A DNA stretch of 61,996 nt, counting the filler, from Limisphaerales bacterium (GTDB taxonomy: Bacteria > Verrucomicrobiota > Verrucomicrobiia > Limisphaerales > SIBE01): assembly GCA_044225505.1 (NCBI GenBank). It is 4 parts of 4 records of this genome, joined end to end, with 100 filler letters (N's around TTAATTAATTAA, not from the genome) between each part and the next. Parts side by side here need not be neighbours in the genome. Positions count along the whole stretch, not along the records: positions 1 to 27,626 come from JBGAIN010000108.1; 3 more parts are not named here. One strand, given 5' to 3'. The translations under genes and the position numbers were made by a program. Positions 1 to 10,500 of this stretch are shown one piece after another. Within the stretch, counting starts at the first letter, position 1. Each line of letters begins with the position of its first letter. The notes under the pieces are model-generated. The model had not been told where the DNA came from. It worked only from the letters and a program-made list of their open reading frames with translations, and did no database searches.

Positions 1-1224
1 TTCGGCCTCCAGCGCTTCGTGGGTCATGTGCTCGGCGTCATTGACCAGTCCGAGTTCAAACAAGGTCTCGCTTTGAGCTCGGCATGAAGCTAGTCCCCCA
101 CGCATGCTTGGCATCAATCGCCATCGTGTTTGATTGCGAAAAGCAAATAGGTCCTCAGATAGACGGCCAGTTCGAAAAAGAGCTCGATGCAAACGAACCT
201 CGGAAGCGACATCGAGCTGTGTAACCTCGGGCTGAGCCGCTACACTCAGCACTTGCTCGAATTGTCCCCGGCTGGACGCGAAGTCGATCCGAGCTGACGC
301 CCAATCGGCCTCGTGATAGGATCCTATGACCAAACCCCAACCGCCCCCTAAGAATAGCACAAGCGCAGCCCAACGAACCGTCCGGGGCATCTGCGCATTC
401 CACACCTCCACAACGCCGAACCTCCGCGAAGCGGCGACGCCGAGAATTGTTATCGGAAGGAATCCATAAATCATCGCGGTAAGAATCAAGGGCCAACCGA
501 GAGCCCATGGCATGAGGACCGTTGCCGGCTTTGGGAGGTCCAACCAGAAAAAACAAATTGGGATAATGACACCTGACGCCAGGCATCCGACAGCAATCGG
601 CATGCGCCCGCGCAGGAACTCGAACATGGCCGTGAGAACCACAAGAAGAACCGCGGGCCAGACTCCCGCCAGATACAGCACCACCGTCGCCAATCCCCAA
701 GCGCCCGCAATTCGAAACGCGGTTGGCCGAGCTGGAAGCTGGAGATGTGCAATTGCCGCTACCAACGCGGCGACCAGCCCGAGCCCAACCCGCCACGCGC
801 TCCCATCGACACGTTCGACTAAACAGAGCCACAAGAACGACGGGGTCAACGCCAGCAAGAGCCAGTTTCCTCCGGCGAACCGACGCACGACGGTGCGAGT
901 CGTTCCGTAGATCAGCACCGTCAAAACAGTCGTCGCGAACGCCCCGGCGAGGTCTGTCTGGATCCAATGTGGCACAAAAGCCGCACAATACTCCAATAAC
1001 CCGCCTGGTATTCCCAAGAACGGTTTGAAGAAGGAATAGCGACTCAAGAAAGTCGGCGCCGTATGATAGTAACCGGCGGCAAGCTGAACTCTCAGCCAAA
1101 CATACGCGAACCAAGCTCCATAGAATGCAACGACAATGCCGATCCCAAACGGTCCAGACTGAATGACTTGTGGGGCTCGGTCTTTCCCCGAATCAGAGAT
1201 AGTCTTCTTAGATCGTGAATTCAC
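1..1224 (-). CDS. DUF6057-like polytopic membrane protein, 3' end runs off the window (absent from the ORF track)
   Basis: Manual translation from GTG at 1224 (in-frame TAG two codons upstream) gives hydrophobic helices and motifs 'FFKPFLGIPGGLLEYCAAF' and, at the window edge in the same frame, 'FELGLVNDAEHMTHEALEAE', resembling DUF6057 proteins. Confidence 0.7.
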   Translation of the reverse strand, partial: MNSRSKKTISDSGKDRAPQVIQSGPFGIGIVVAFYGAWFAYVWLRVQLAAGYYHTAPTFLSRYSFFKPFLGIPGGLLEYCAAFVPHWIQTDLAGAFATTVLTVLIYGTTRTVVRRFAGGNWLLLALTPSFLWLCLVERVDGSAWRVGLGLVAALVAAIAHLQLPARPTAFRIAGAWGLATVVLYLAGVWPAVLLVVLTAMFEFLRGRMPIAVGCLASGVIIPICFFWLDLPKPATVLMPWALGWPLILTAMIYGFLPITILGVAASRRFGVVEVWNAQMPRTVRWAALVLFLGGGWGLVIGSYHEADWASARIDFASSRGQFEQVLSVAAQPEVTQLDVASEVRLHRALFRTGRLSEDLFAFRNQTRWRLMPSMRGGLASCRAQSETLFELGLVNDAEHMTHEALEAE

Positions 1225-1438
1225 TTTCTACTAGTCGACGATCGTTTTGAGAATCATCGGACTGACACTGTCCTGCGCGCGCAGAACTGGAGAAGCAATC
1301 GACGTCGAACGCATCTTTGCTAGAGGTGGCCAGCGGTCCGGTCAGAGCTTACTCCCGCCAAGTTTCCCCTGGCCAGCTCGATTTTCTGAAAATCTTCCGC
1401 CTTGCCCAGGAGCAAGCGGCACTCTAATCAGGGTAAGT

Positions 1439-2845
1439 GTGAAAGCCGAACCTAGACTTTGCCGTCGTCGGTTTCTCCAAATGGCCGGCGCGCTCTCCAC
1501 ATTTCGCGTCGTTCATCGGGCAGTCTTAGGCGGCATGGGAAAGACCGTCCCCAGCGAGCGTCTGCAAGTAGCGATCATCGGGACGGGCGGACAAGGGATT
1601 ACCAATCTCAAGGAACTGCTCAAACACACGGATGTCAGCGTTAGTGCCATCTGTGACGTCGCAGAATTCTGGGACAATAGCCATCTCTACTACCGACATC
1701 ATGGGGGTCGAGGACCTGCCAGGCAGGTCATCGAAGAATACGCCCGCCAGCACACGGATCGAGCCATTCCGAAGTTTAGGGTTTTTAGTGACTATCGCGT
1801 CATGCTGGAACAGGCGGGTCGCGACATTGACGCGGTTCTGGTGGCCACGCCAAATCATGTACATGCCGTCGCTTCGATGGCGGCCATACAAGCGGGAAAA
1901 GGAGTCTATTGCGAAAAGCCGTTGACGCATTCGATTTATGAGGCGCGCCGATTGGATCGCGCTGCGCGCGAAGCGGGCGTGGCCACTCAAATGGGCAATC
2001 AAGGCCATTCTACCGACGACATCCGACGCGCTGTGGAATGGGTCCGCGACGGCGTCATCGGCAAGGTACGTCAGGTCCACGCTTGGCACGGCGGGCCGAA
2101 TCGACCGATGCCTGCACAACGTTCCACGGATAGACCGGCAGAACCGAACGGCCTCTTCTGGGATCTTTGGCTCGGCCCTGCCCCTGCCCGACCGTATCAC
2201 CCAGACTACACCCCGCTCGCATTCCATTACTGGTGGGATTTCGGGAGCGGAACTCTTGGGAACTACGGATGTCACACGCTGGACACCGCCGTTTGGGCTC
2301 TGGACCTAAAACATCCCACTTTGGTCGAGGCCAGCTCAACCCCGCTAAGCAACGAAACCACGCCCCTCGCCATGACCTGTCATTACGTGTTCCCGGCGCA
2401 GGGAGATCGTCCGTCGGTTGACCTATTCTGGTACGAAGGCGGATTGCGACCGCCGCGTCCGGCCTGCTTGCCCGTCGACGAAGAGCTGCCGGAGGCCGGC
2501 GGATCTTTGATGATCGGTGAAACAGGCGCGATCCTCTCCGGCGTCTGGAGCGGTTCACCCCGCGTCATTCCAGAAGAAAAAATGCACGTTGTACAGAATT
2601 CGCCGATTCGTCTCCCGCGATCTCAAGGACACCATCGAGACTGGATCAACGCCTGCAAAGGAGGGCCAGCAGCGAGCTCAAATTTCGAATACGCCGCTCG
2701 CCTGACAGAAATTGTGCTGCTCGGCTCGGTGGCTTTGCGGACTGGAAAAACGCTTCACTGGGACGGCCCATCGATGAGCGCGACCAATGCTCTCGAAGCC
2801 GAACGTTATATTCGCGGTTCGTTTCGGAAAGGCTGGGAAATCTGA
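1439..2845 (+). CDS. Gfo/Idh/MocA family oxidoreductase with Tat signal
   Basis: 'RRRFLQ' Tat motif, Rossmann 'IIGTGGQG', 'ATPNHVH', 'YCEKP', 'WDLWLGPAP'; start moved from 1247 to GTG 1439. Confidence 0.92.
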   Translation: MKAEPRLCRRRFLQMAGALSTFRVVHRAVLGGMGKTVPSERLQVAIIGTGGQGITNLKELLKHTDVSVSAICDVAEFWDNSHLYYRHHGGRGPARQVIEEYARQHTDRAIPKFRVFSDYRVMLEQAGRDIDAVLVATPNHVHAVASMAAIQAGKGVYCEKPLTHSIYEARRLDRAAREAGVATQMGNQGHSTDDIRRAVEWVRDGVIGKVRQVHAWHGGPNRPMPAQRSTDRPAEPNGLFWDLWLGPAPARPYHPDYTPLAFHYWWDFGSGTLGNYGCHTLDTAVWALDLKHPTLVEASSTPLSNETTPLAMTCHYVFPAQGDRPSVDLFWYEGGLRPPRPACLPVDEELPEAGGSLMIGETGAILSGVWSGSPRVIPEEKMHVVQNSPIRLPRSQGHHRDWINACKGGPAASSNFEYAARLTEIVLLGSVALRTGKTLHWDGPSMSATNALEAERYIRGSFRKGWEI

Positions 2846-2878
2846 GGCACCAGCCTTTGCTGGCGCGCCGACGATGGG

Positions 2879-5800
2879 TCACTTTTGCTTTAATGTCCCC
2901 AGATAAGCTATCAAATCCCGAATCTCAAATAGGGTCAGCACGTCCCCCATCGGCGGCATGGCCGAGACTGAACTCGTCGATTCTCGCCCAATCTCCTTGC
3001 GAGGAACGGTTCGGATTTCTCCGGATGAAAGGCGGAGCACAATGGCATCGGGAGTATCGCGTAGTTTCGTGCCGTCTAGAACTTCCCCGTCACGGGTTTC
3101 CAGTGAGATCGTTGCAAATCCTTCGGCGATCTTCTTACTCGGTTCAACCAGAGATTCGAGTATGTCCTCGGGCGTCGCCCGGGACGCGATATCCGCAAGG
3201 ACCGGCCCAGCTTGAAACCCCTCCCCCCCCGCTTCGTGACAACGCACACATTGTGCGGTCGCCGAAGATCGAAAAACGTCGCGGCCAGCTCCAGGATCTC
3301 CCCCCGCAAGCGCGATACGAAACTTAGCAAGCGTATCCGTAGCAGAGGCCCGCGCCGAGTATTGCGCGAGCTGTCCTTGGAACGTTCCCGAGGCATCTGC
3401 ACGGCACGCCTCGAGCACGTCCAGGACTAGGCTCGCGTCTAATTGGCCTCGCAGCAGCGAATCGAGCTGGCTTCCTAACCAAGCACCCTTCGCCACATGG
3501 GAGGCAAGAGCAGCGCTGCGTAAAGCGGTCTGCTTCTCACGCAGGGTTAGCTGGTCGTAACTCCGTTTGACGAACGCGAAGAACGCGTCAGGATCATGTT
3601 TAGCGGACAGCGGGATGGCCGCCAGGCGCAGTTCCGGCACTTCGGCCGCAAGGGAAATCTGCAAAGCACTCTCAAGCTCACCTGCTTGTCGTTCGGCAAG
3701 TAATTCGAGAGCTTGAACGCGAACGCCAGGCGGCTGTTGCGCCGACGCAACCCATCCCGCAAACACGGCCGCATCGGCCGCAATACGATTCTCCATGACA
3801 AGACGGGTCACCGTTCGCGCCAGGGCTCGATTCGTTGTCGACAGCAAAGTCGTAAGGTTCTCGCTAATGAGGGTATTCGCAAACCCGTACCGGCGTGTTG
3901 CCAGCGAGCGCATCATTCCCTCGACCCGATCCAGGCTCGGGGTCCGATCCCAAGATCCCAAACACTCCATTGCCTCCGCCCGCCACTGATCAGATTGGGC
4001 AGGATTTAATGCGAAGCGCAGAAGGCGTTGAGCAGCGACTTCGGTTCCGATTCGCAGATTCGCATTGAGCACCCGCCGAACGATCGGTTCGTCACTTATG
4101 AACTCCTGCGCATCTAACATGGCGGCGAGGGACGGGAGTGCTTCTGGGATGGAGTGATCATCGTGAATCGCCCGAACGGCCTCACGACGCACAGCAGCGT
4201 CATTGTCCTGCAGGAAACGCTGCGCTTGCGGAGCTCGCAGGCGGCGAAGTGCCAGCACAGCACCAAGGCGAGCGGCCGGTGCCGGATGATCCGCCAATCG
4301 TTCCATAGCCGCGGGACTGCCGATCCCAGCCAACCCCATCACCACGGCATGCCGCAGAAATGGATCATCGTCTGCATTGGCCACGAGTAACTTCACCAAA
4401 CTGTCGATTGCGTTGGTAGTACCGGCCTTACCCAGCGCCAGCGCCGCATGAAATTGGACCCGCGCACTGGAATCGGAGAGCAATCGGATCAATTCTGATA
4501 CAGCGCCGCGCAATCGCAAATCGCCTGCTGTTTTGGCTGCCTGCGCGCGAATCTCCACGTCGGTGTCGTTGAACGGAAGTTCTTTAGGTTCCAGCGCGAG
4601 TTTCATCTGTCCCAGACCCCATAGAGCGTGCACGCGAGCCAAGCGGGCTGACAGTGGTGAATTTGCCACTAATAGCAAGGTGGAGCGGGCCTTACGGCGG
4701 ACCAATTCCATTTGGGCGCGCTGTCGAATACGCATGTCCTCATGGCCGAGAAACAAAGCGAGCGCATCGAGGCTACGACTTCGCATGCCGCTAGCCAGCA
4801 CCTCTTTCACTTCAATTCGGACGGGGGCGTTCGAAGCTTTCGGGTCATCCAAACGCCAAATCGCCCCTTTGCCACTGGGCTCCCACATTCCATCCCAGTC
4901 GGCGACAACCATGGCGCCATCCGGGCCGAAATTAAGCGCGCTAGCCATCATTCCGGACAGAAAGAGGTGCTCGTGGACCATTTCAAAGTACGCACCTTTA
5001 GGTTGTGCTTGAAATGCCGTGATCTTCTGAACCGGGAATTGCACGAGAAAGAAGTAGTCTCGGTAAGAGTCATTCAAAGCCGTTCCCGGATTGAACTTAA
5101 AACCGCCCGGTCCGACAGAGTAGTTCGATAACGGCGGAGTTAAGTGGGCTGGCTGTCCAGGGAAGTGAGGAACCCACATCCGGTCGGCAATCCAGGGATT
5201 ATACTCAGGCTGATGAGTGAACTTGGTCCAGGCCGAATCTCGAAATTGCCAGTGCAACCGCCAGCCCGAGTCACTTCCTTCGGTAATGTAAACGAAGCGC
5301 TCTCGTTCATCCGCTAAATCACCGTCATTATCGACGGCAAACAGATTTCCCCATTGGTCGAAGGCAATCTCCTGAGGATTGCGCAGACCGGTGGCAAACA
5401 TTTCTAGGTCTGATCCATCCGGATTCATGCGCAAGACGCCGCCGGTGTTGGGAAACGACAAAATCCGTCCCTCCTTGTTCGTGAGAGAAAGTCCATTATC
5501 GCCAATCGAGAAATAAATCTTTCCTTCTGGGCCGAGGCAAAGGCCGTGCAAATCATGTCCATCAAATGCCGCGTGTACGCCAAAACCGCGAAACACGGAC
5601 TCTTGGATATCAGCGATGCCATCGTCGTTCGTGTCGCGCAATCGCCAGAGATCAGGATAAACTGTCACCCAGACGTCATTCTCCCAAGGCATAACGCCCG
5701 CGACGACCCCGCTGATCTCTTCGTTGAAGCCCTCAGCAAAAATGCTAGCTCGATCCGCTTTGCCAGAACCTCCCACATCCTCCAACTGATGGATGCGCTC

Positions 5801-6187
5801 CTTGAGTCCCATCAGGTCGCGCCAGTCGTGACTGCCATCGCCATTGTAGTCACGAAGCCAACTCGCATTCTCGATGCTTTTTTCCGGCGCCATCTTGCTT
5901 CGAAAGAAGCCCCGCAAATCTTCTACCGACTGATTGGCCAGATCGTCGACGACCCAAACAGGATGCCCGCGAATATCAATATCCACGCGGCTGCGGCGCG
6001 CCGTTTCCACCACGTAAAGCCGCCCATGATCGTCGAAGCTGAGCGCAACCGGGCTTCTTAACATCGGCTCGCGCGCCCAAAGCGACAGTGAAAAGCCTTT
6101 TCGTGGCACCGGAGCAGTTGACCGCTGCGCTTGGGTCGAGACTGCTTGTGCGGCAAACCAAATGACGATGAGGACGGACCACACCAT
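2879..6187 (-). CDS. PVC-type heme-binding CxxCH protein (putative membrane-bound dehydrogenase: beta-propeller + HEAT repeats + cytochrome c)
   Basis: N-terminal 'WAREPML.SPVALSFDDHGRLYV', 'GLRNPQEIAFD', HEAT-like repeats, 'CVRCH' and 'SAMPP' at the C-terminus; signal peptide from ATG 6187. Confidence 0.88.
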   Translation of the reverse strand: MVWSVLIVIWFAAQAVSTQAQRSTAPVPRKGFSLSLWAREPMLRSPVALSFDDHGRLYVVETARRSRVDIDIRGHPVWVVDDLANQSVEDLRGFFRSKMAPEKSIENASWLRDYNGDGSHDWRDLMGLKERIHQLEDVGGSGKADRASIFAEGFNEEISGVVAGVMPWENDVWVTVYPDLWRLRDTNDDGIADIQESVFRGFGVHAAFDGHDLHGLCLGPEGKIYFSIGDNGLSLTNKEGRILSFPNTGGVLRMNPDGSDLEMFATGLRNPQEIAFDQWGNLFAVDNDGDLADERERFVYITEGSDSGWRLHWQFRDSAWTKFTHQPEYNPWIADRMWVPHFPGQPAHLTPPLSNYSVGPGGFKFNPGTALNDSYRDYFFLVQFPVQKITAFQAQPKGAYFEMVHEHLFLSGMMASALNFGPDGAMVVADWDGMWEPSGKGAIWRLDDPKASNAPVRIEVKEVLASGMRSRSLDALALFLGHEDMRIRQRAQMELVRRKARSTLLLVANSPLSARLARVHALWGLGQMKLALEPKELPFNDTDVEIRAQAAKTAGDLRLRGAVSELIRLLSDSSARVQFHAALALGKAGTTNAIDSLVKLLVANADDDPFLRHAVVMGLAGIGSPAAMERLADHPAPAARLGAVLALRRLRAPQAQRFLQDNDAAVRREAVRAIHDDHSIPEALPSLAAMLDAQEFISDEPIVRRVLNANLRIGTEVAAQRLLRFALNPAQSDQWRAEAMECLGSWDRTPSLDRVEGMMRSLATRRYGFANTLISENLTTLLSTTNRALARTVTRLVMENRIAADAAVFAGWVASAQQPPGVRVQALELLAERQAGELESALQISLAAEVPELRLAAIPLSAKHDPDAFFAFVKRSYDQLTLREKQTALRSAALASHVAKGAWLGSQLDSLLRGQLDASLVLDVLEACRADASGTFQGQLAQYSARASATDTLAKFRIALAGGDPGAGRDVFRSSATAQCVRCHEAGGEGFQAGPVLADIASRATPEDILESLVEPSKKIAEGFATISLETRDGEVLDGTKLRDTPDAIVLRLSSGEIRTVPRKEIGRESTSSVSAMPPMGDVLTLFEIRDLIAYLGTLKQK

Positions 6188-6255
6188 GTCCCGGGGCGTG
6201 CATAAATTTCGGAGTCCGTCGCGCCGGCGCTGTCGGAGATTCGTCAATTCCAGGT

Positions 6256-7377
6256 TCATGGCAATTGCGCAACCAAAGCGCCAGCGTCGATCGTCCATGT
6301 GCGGGGCTCGGATTCGGTTCTCTCATGCAGTACCAAACGGCCTTCCTTTACTTGGACGTCCTTGACACCTTTGAAATCCGCGGGAATCGAAAGCAGGAAT
6401 GCCATATACCCCTTCGCGGCTGTCTCGCTTGCATCAAGGTATTCAAAAAGTGGGCGATCCCAAATTCGACCTTTCTTGACCAGGATTGGAAAAGGCTGGT
6501 GAAGTCCGGTTGTCCCAAACTCAAGACCTCGTGCTGCCGGGCGTCCCTTCCGCACGTCCCGCCACAGGCTCACCCAAGGGTAATCCGCGGTCTTCCACAG
6601 ATACCCTATCAATAATCGCTGTGCAGGCGTCGCTGCCGTGACCCAGCCGTACTGGCCATCGAGTGTGTAGGAAACAACATTGGGAGCCGAGTTGTCCGTC
6701 AAATGGCGGAGATTCACCAATTCACCATCGGGACCCGCAGCCTGTGGCCAATAGGCCGAAGGTTCCTCTGGATCGGGCAATACGCCCCCTTGAGCGAAAC
6801 CCTTCCGTCCGTTACAGTCCACAAGTGTCGTTTCGTCAAGGAATGGCGTTCCGATGGTAGGGTGCTGCACCATGTTATAAACACGCCCGAGAGGATTTTG
6901 ATTGGTGACCTCCTCGCGCACCACAAATACCGGCGCCGTCTGGGACATTCGAAGCGATCGTCGGACGGTTAACCCCGCTTTAGCTAAGGTGGCACCCATT
7001 TCGGCCGTCAGTATGCCATCGGCAACCCGAACATCCTGGAGAATCGTCCAACTCGTATTCGCAGCTTCGCCATGGTATGGCATCCCGTTCTTGCCCTCCA
7101 CGTCCGATGGAGGTCCCCAACGATCCAGACAGAGGAAATGTCCGAATCCATGTTTGGAACGATCGCCTGGACTTGGAGTCGCCCAGGCTAATGGATTCAG
7201 CCCGGTCGACTTTAGATGGAAATCCCCGATAGATCCACCGTCTAAATCAACAAACAAACGTGCCACTTCGGTGTCGAACACCAGTGCCTTGCGACCTGGA
7301 ATCCATTCAGCCGCCACCGCGCCCGAGGTAAGGATGGCAAAGCCCGCGAAGAAAAGACAAAGCAATAGGTTCGTCAT
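6256..7377 (-). CDS. Secreted protein with probable galactose-mutarotase/aldose-epimerase-like beta-sandwich fold
   Basis: Signal peptide 'MTNLLLCLFFAGFAIL'; motifs 'GMPYHGEA', 'YNMVQHPTIG', 'GLEFGT'; the ORF-track extension to 7803 overlaps the next gene. Confidence 0.55.
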   Translation of the reverse strand: MTNLLLCLFFAGFAILTSGAVAAEWIPGRKALVFDTEVARLFVDLDGGSIGDFHLKSTGLNPLAWATPSPGDRSKHGFGHFLCLDRWGPPSDVEGKNGMPYHGEAANTSWTILQDVRVADGILTAEMGATLAKAGLTVRRSLRMSQTAPVFVVREEVTNQNPLGRVYNMVQHPTIGTPFLDETTLVDCNGRKGFAQGGVLPDPEEPSAYWPQAAGPDGELVNLRHLTDNSAPNVVSYTLDGQYGWVTAATPAQRLLIGYLWKTADYPWVSLWRDVRKGRPAARGLEFGTTGLHQPFPILVKKGRIWDRPLFEYLDASETAAKGYMAFLLSIPADFKGVKDVQVKEGRLVLHERTESEPRTWTIDAGALVAQLP

Positions 7378-7570
7378 GACTCTGAGTGTAGGGATTTCGT
7401 CGGCGTTGTGTTTTACCCCCAGCCAACGGGAGCCCCCGCAGTGTGCCGAGGTTGGTCCGATTGGACAACACAGAACGGCAGAAAAGCGCGGCGCGGTTGA
7501 GAAAGTGGAGATCAGGCGACTGGCCTCGCCACCGTCAAGACAGGGAAACGCAACCGCATGCCGCAACTCA

Positions 7571-10500
7571 TTACCGCACCACGGTAACTTGCCCAAGTCC
7601 GTTGAGACGAACTTCTTTAGCCTCTGGAATGGAGACGGCCACTTGCCGCCCGCGCGGCCAGCGCACCCACAGTTGGCGGACCGGTGCTTCCGCAGGCAGA
7701 AGGACAGTCGAGCTATCTTGAGACCAGTACCCAGATCCAGAGCGCACTTCGCGTAAAAGCCCGCGCGCCTGCTCGGATCCCTTGGGAGCCAACTGAGTCC
7801 CAATCACGTCTGGATTGCCCCCGCCACCCGTGAGATGCACGCGTAGGGCAGGCCGGGCTCCGCGATTTCGAAACAGGCGCGTCTGGCCTCGGTTCTGTCC
7901 CACAGCAAGATCCAAACGGCCATCTCCATCAAAGTCGGCCACCGCGCATCCACGTCCCTCGCCATAAATACGAATACCCGATTCCATAGGGGAAAGCGCA
8001 CGAAAGTCACCCTGTCCGTTCCCTAGCAGCAATAGCCCCACACCCGCGTCCTGCCGGGATCGGTCGGAAGCCACCGGAAAGAAGTTTTGCGCAAGGAATA
8101 GGTCTTCACGGCCATCCCCGTCAAAGTCACCGGCGACCACACCAAAGGCAGGAGAGAACTGTGCCTGGATCGGCAGCGAATGTCTTTCGAATCGGCCCCC
8201 TTTGGCGATGAATACAGACGAGTCCGCGGTCGTCACCGTGTAGCGAAGGGTATTAGTCATTCGTCCGCCAAAGATTTCCGACAGCGTCGCGCGACCGAAT
8301 GCCTCGCAGGAGGCGAAGGTGCCACGCAACCATGGCATTGCCGCTGCCATTGTGTCCAGGTTCCGCCGCGGAGCCCAATCTCCACGTGCTTCATCCCACT
8401 CAGTTTCAAGAATCTCGATCGTGCCGTTCCCATCGAGATCGCCAGCCCATAAAGTCACGGGACGCCCGGGAAGCGGGACGCACTCGCTGTTCCTTCCCCA
8501 ATTAGATGCGATGAGGTCTAATTGACCATCATTGTTTAGATCGGCAGTGGTCACTCCTTGCCACCATCCCGTCTCTTCGCCAAGCCCCAACTCCCGGGTC
8601 CGTTCAACGAAGCGGCCTCTCACGTTTCCGAAAACTCGGACCGGTCCCCACTCGCAAGCCAACACCAAATCGGGATAACCGTCGCCATTGAGGTCGCTAA
8701 ATGTCGCTCCGTTGATCAGACCAATGCCAGCGAAGATCGGAGTCGCAGCCAGATCCTCGGTGAACGTTCCTTGGTCGTTGCGATAAAGTCGCGAGGACGC
8801 CGCTTGCGGGTATCGACCGGGAATAAGTCGTCCGCCGACAAACAGGTCTAAGTCCCCGTCGCCATCGTAATCTCCCAGGACCATCGCTCCTGGTTCATCC
8901 GGAAAATTGGGAACGATTGTTCCTGCACCGCCACCAGTCGGTTCATAGAAACGTACGGGAGGTAGTTTTTCTTTTATACCGGGCGTTTGATCTTGAGAGT
9001 AGGCCGCAAGTAACATTGGCCGCTGCGGCTGGGACATCCATCCCAGCACATCGCCTTGAGCGCAATCCAACGTCCCCGCCGACACGCTAGTGAACTTACG
9101 ACCATTCTGATTTACTAACACCGTAAAGGCGCCACCGCGCCCCGCTCCTACTACCAAATCCTCCCATCCGTCGGCGTTTAGATCGAACCAGGCAACACTT
9201 GGACCGGGTTGGCTAAGCTTTCGAGGTAACAACGGCTGGCGTTCAAAATCACGAGTCCCGGTGTCACTGTGTCTATGGCCTTCCAACCAACTGGTCAGAT
9301 CTTCGAACAAGCTCTGCTCGGGCAAAGTCTCGACCTTGGTGCGTGGAAGGGGACGAGCCTCAGTTCCTGACTTGGGCTCAGTCACTTCATAGAGCGTGTT
9401 CGCCGCGGCGTGAGCGACAAGACTGGTAAGACCGCTTCGCCAGGTAACTTCAAGTTGCAGGTTAGCCGCATTCATTCCTGCCGCGAACGTCCGCGTCGCA
9501 CCATCTCCCGCTAGGTATCGCCCTCCCGCAACGACTTCGACGGATTGCGGCACAGGCCCGCCGCGTAGCACCACGCGGGAGCCAATTCCGTAGGTGTTTG
9601 GCGGTTGGCCGCGCAGTTGGACAGCGATCCTTGGAGCTGCAGAGTCATTTCGGTATACGCCAGCGGCATCCCGGTACTGGTTAACGACCACATCCAGATC
9701 GCCGTCGTTGTCGAGATCGCCTAGAGCCATGCCATGCGAGACTCCCATCGTATCAAAACCCCAGGCGGAACCTGTCTCCGAAAACGTCAGATCTCCACGA
9801 TTGCGATATGCCAAATTAGCCAAGGGCATGCCCGGATATTTCTGGGAAAAACGCAGACGACTTTGCACGTTCACCCCCGCAGGAACCGGTCCAGTTGCCC
9901 GCACGACGTCGCTATGGAGCATGTCCCTCCCGTTCCCTGTCGTCACCAGCACGTCCTCATACCCATCAAGATCCACGTCAAGGAACAATGCTGACCATGA
10001 CCAACCGGAAGCCTCGATCCCCGCCAAACGCGCAATCTCTGTCCAAGTTCCATCCCCTCGATTTACAAAGAGCATATTTCGAGGGTATTCCGGGGAAAAC
10101 AAGGGATCTTCAAAAGGGGCCGGAACGACTTGCTTCCAGACATTTTCCCATCGAGTTTGCCGAGTCAGGTGGCTGCGAGGCATCATATCCATGACGAGCA
10201 GGTCATCGAGTCCGTCCCGATTGATATCCCCGACGTCTGCGGACATAGACGTTTCGCACATGCTACGCAGCCGTTGTGGCGCGATGGCACGAAACTGACC
10301 TTGCCCATCGTTGATCCACAAACGGTCGCGGGAGTAATAAAAATCATTGCAGACGTAGAGATCGGGAAACCCGTCGCAAGTCAGATCTCGGAACAAGACG
10401 GTTAATCCCCAATCTCGCGGTGGCCCAGTCAACGCTCGACCATCGGCGTCCTGGAATGTTCCATCAGTCCATTCGATGGCAGTGAAATGTCCCGTTCCAT

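Noticed and set aside
155..1114. 319-aa minus-strand ORF
   Set aside because: Arg/Ser/Cys-rich off-frame shadow of the DUF6057-like gene
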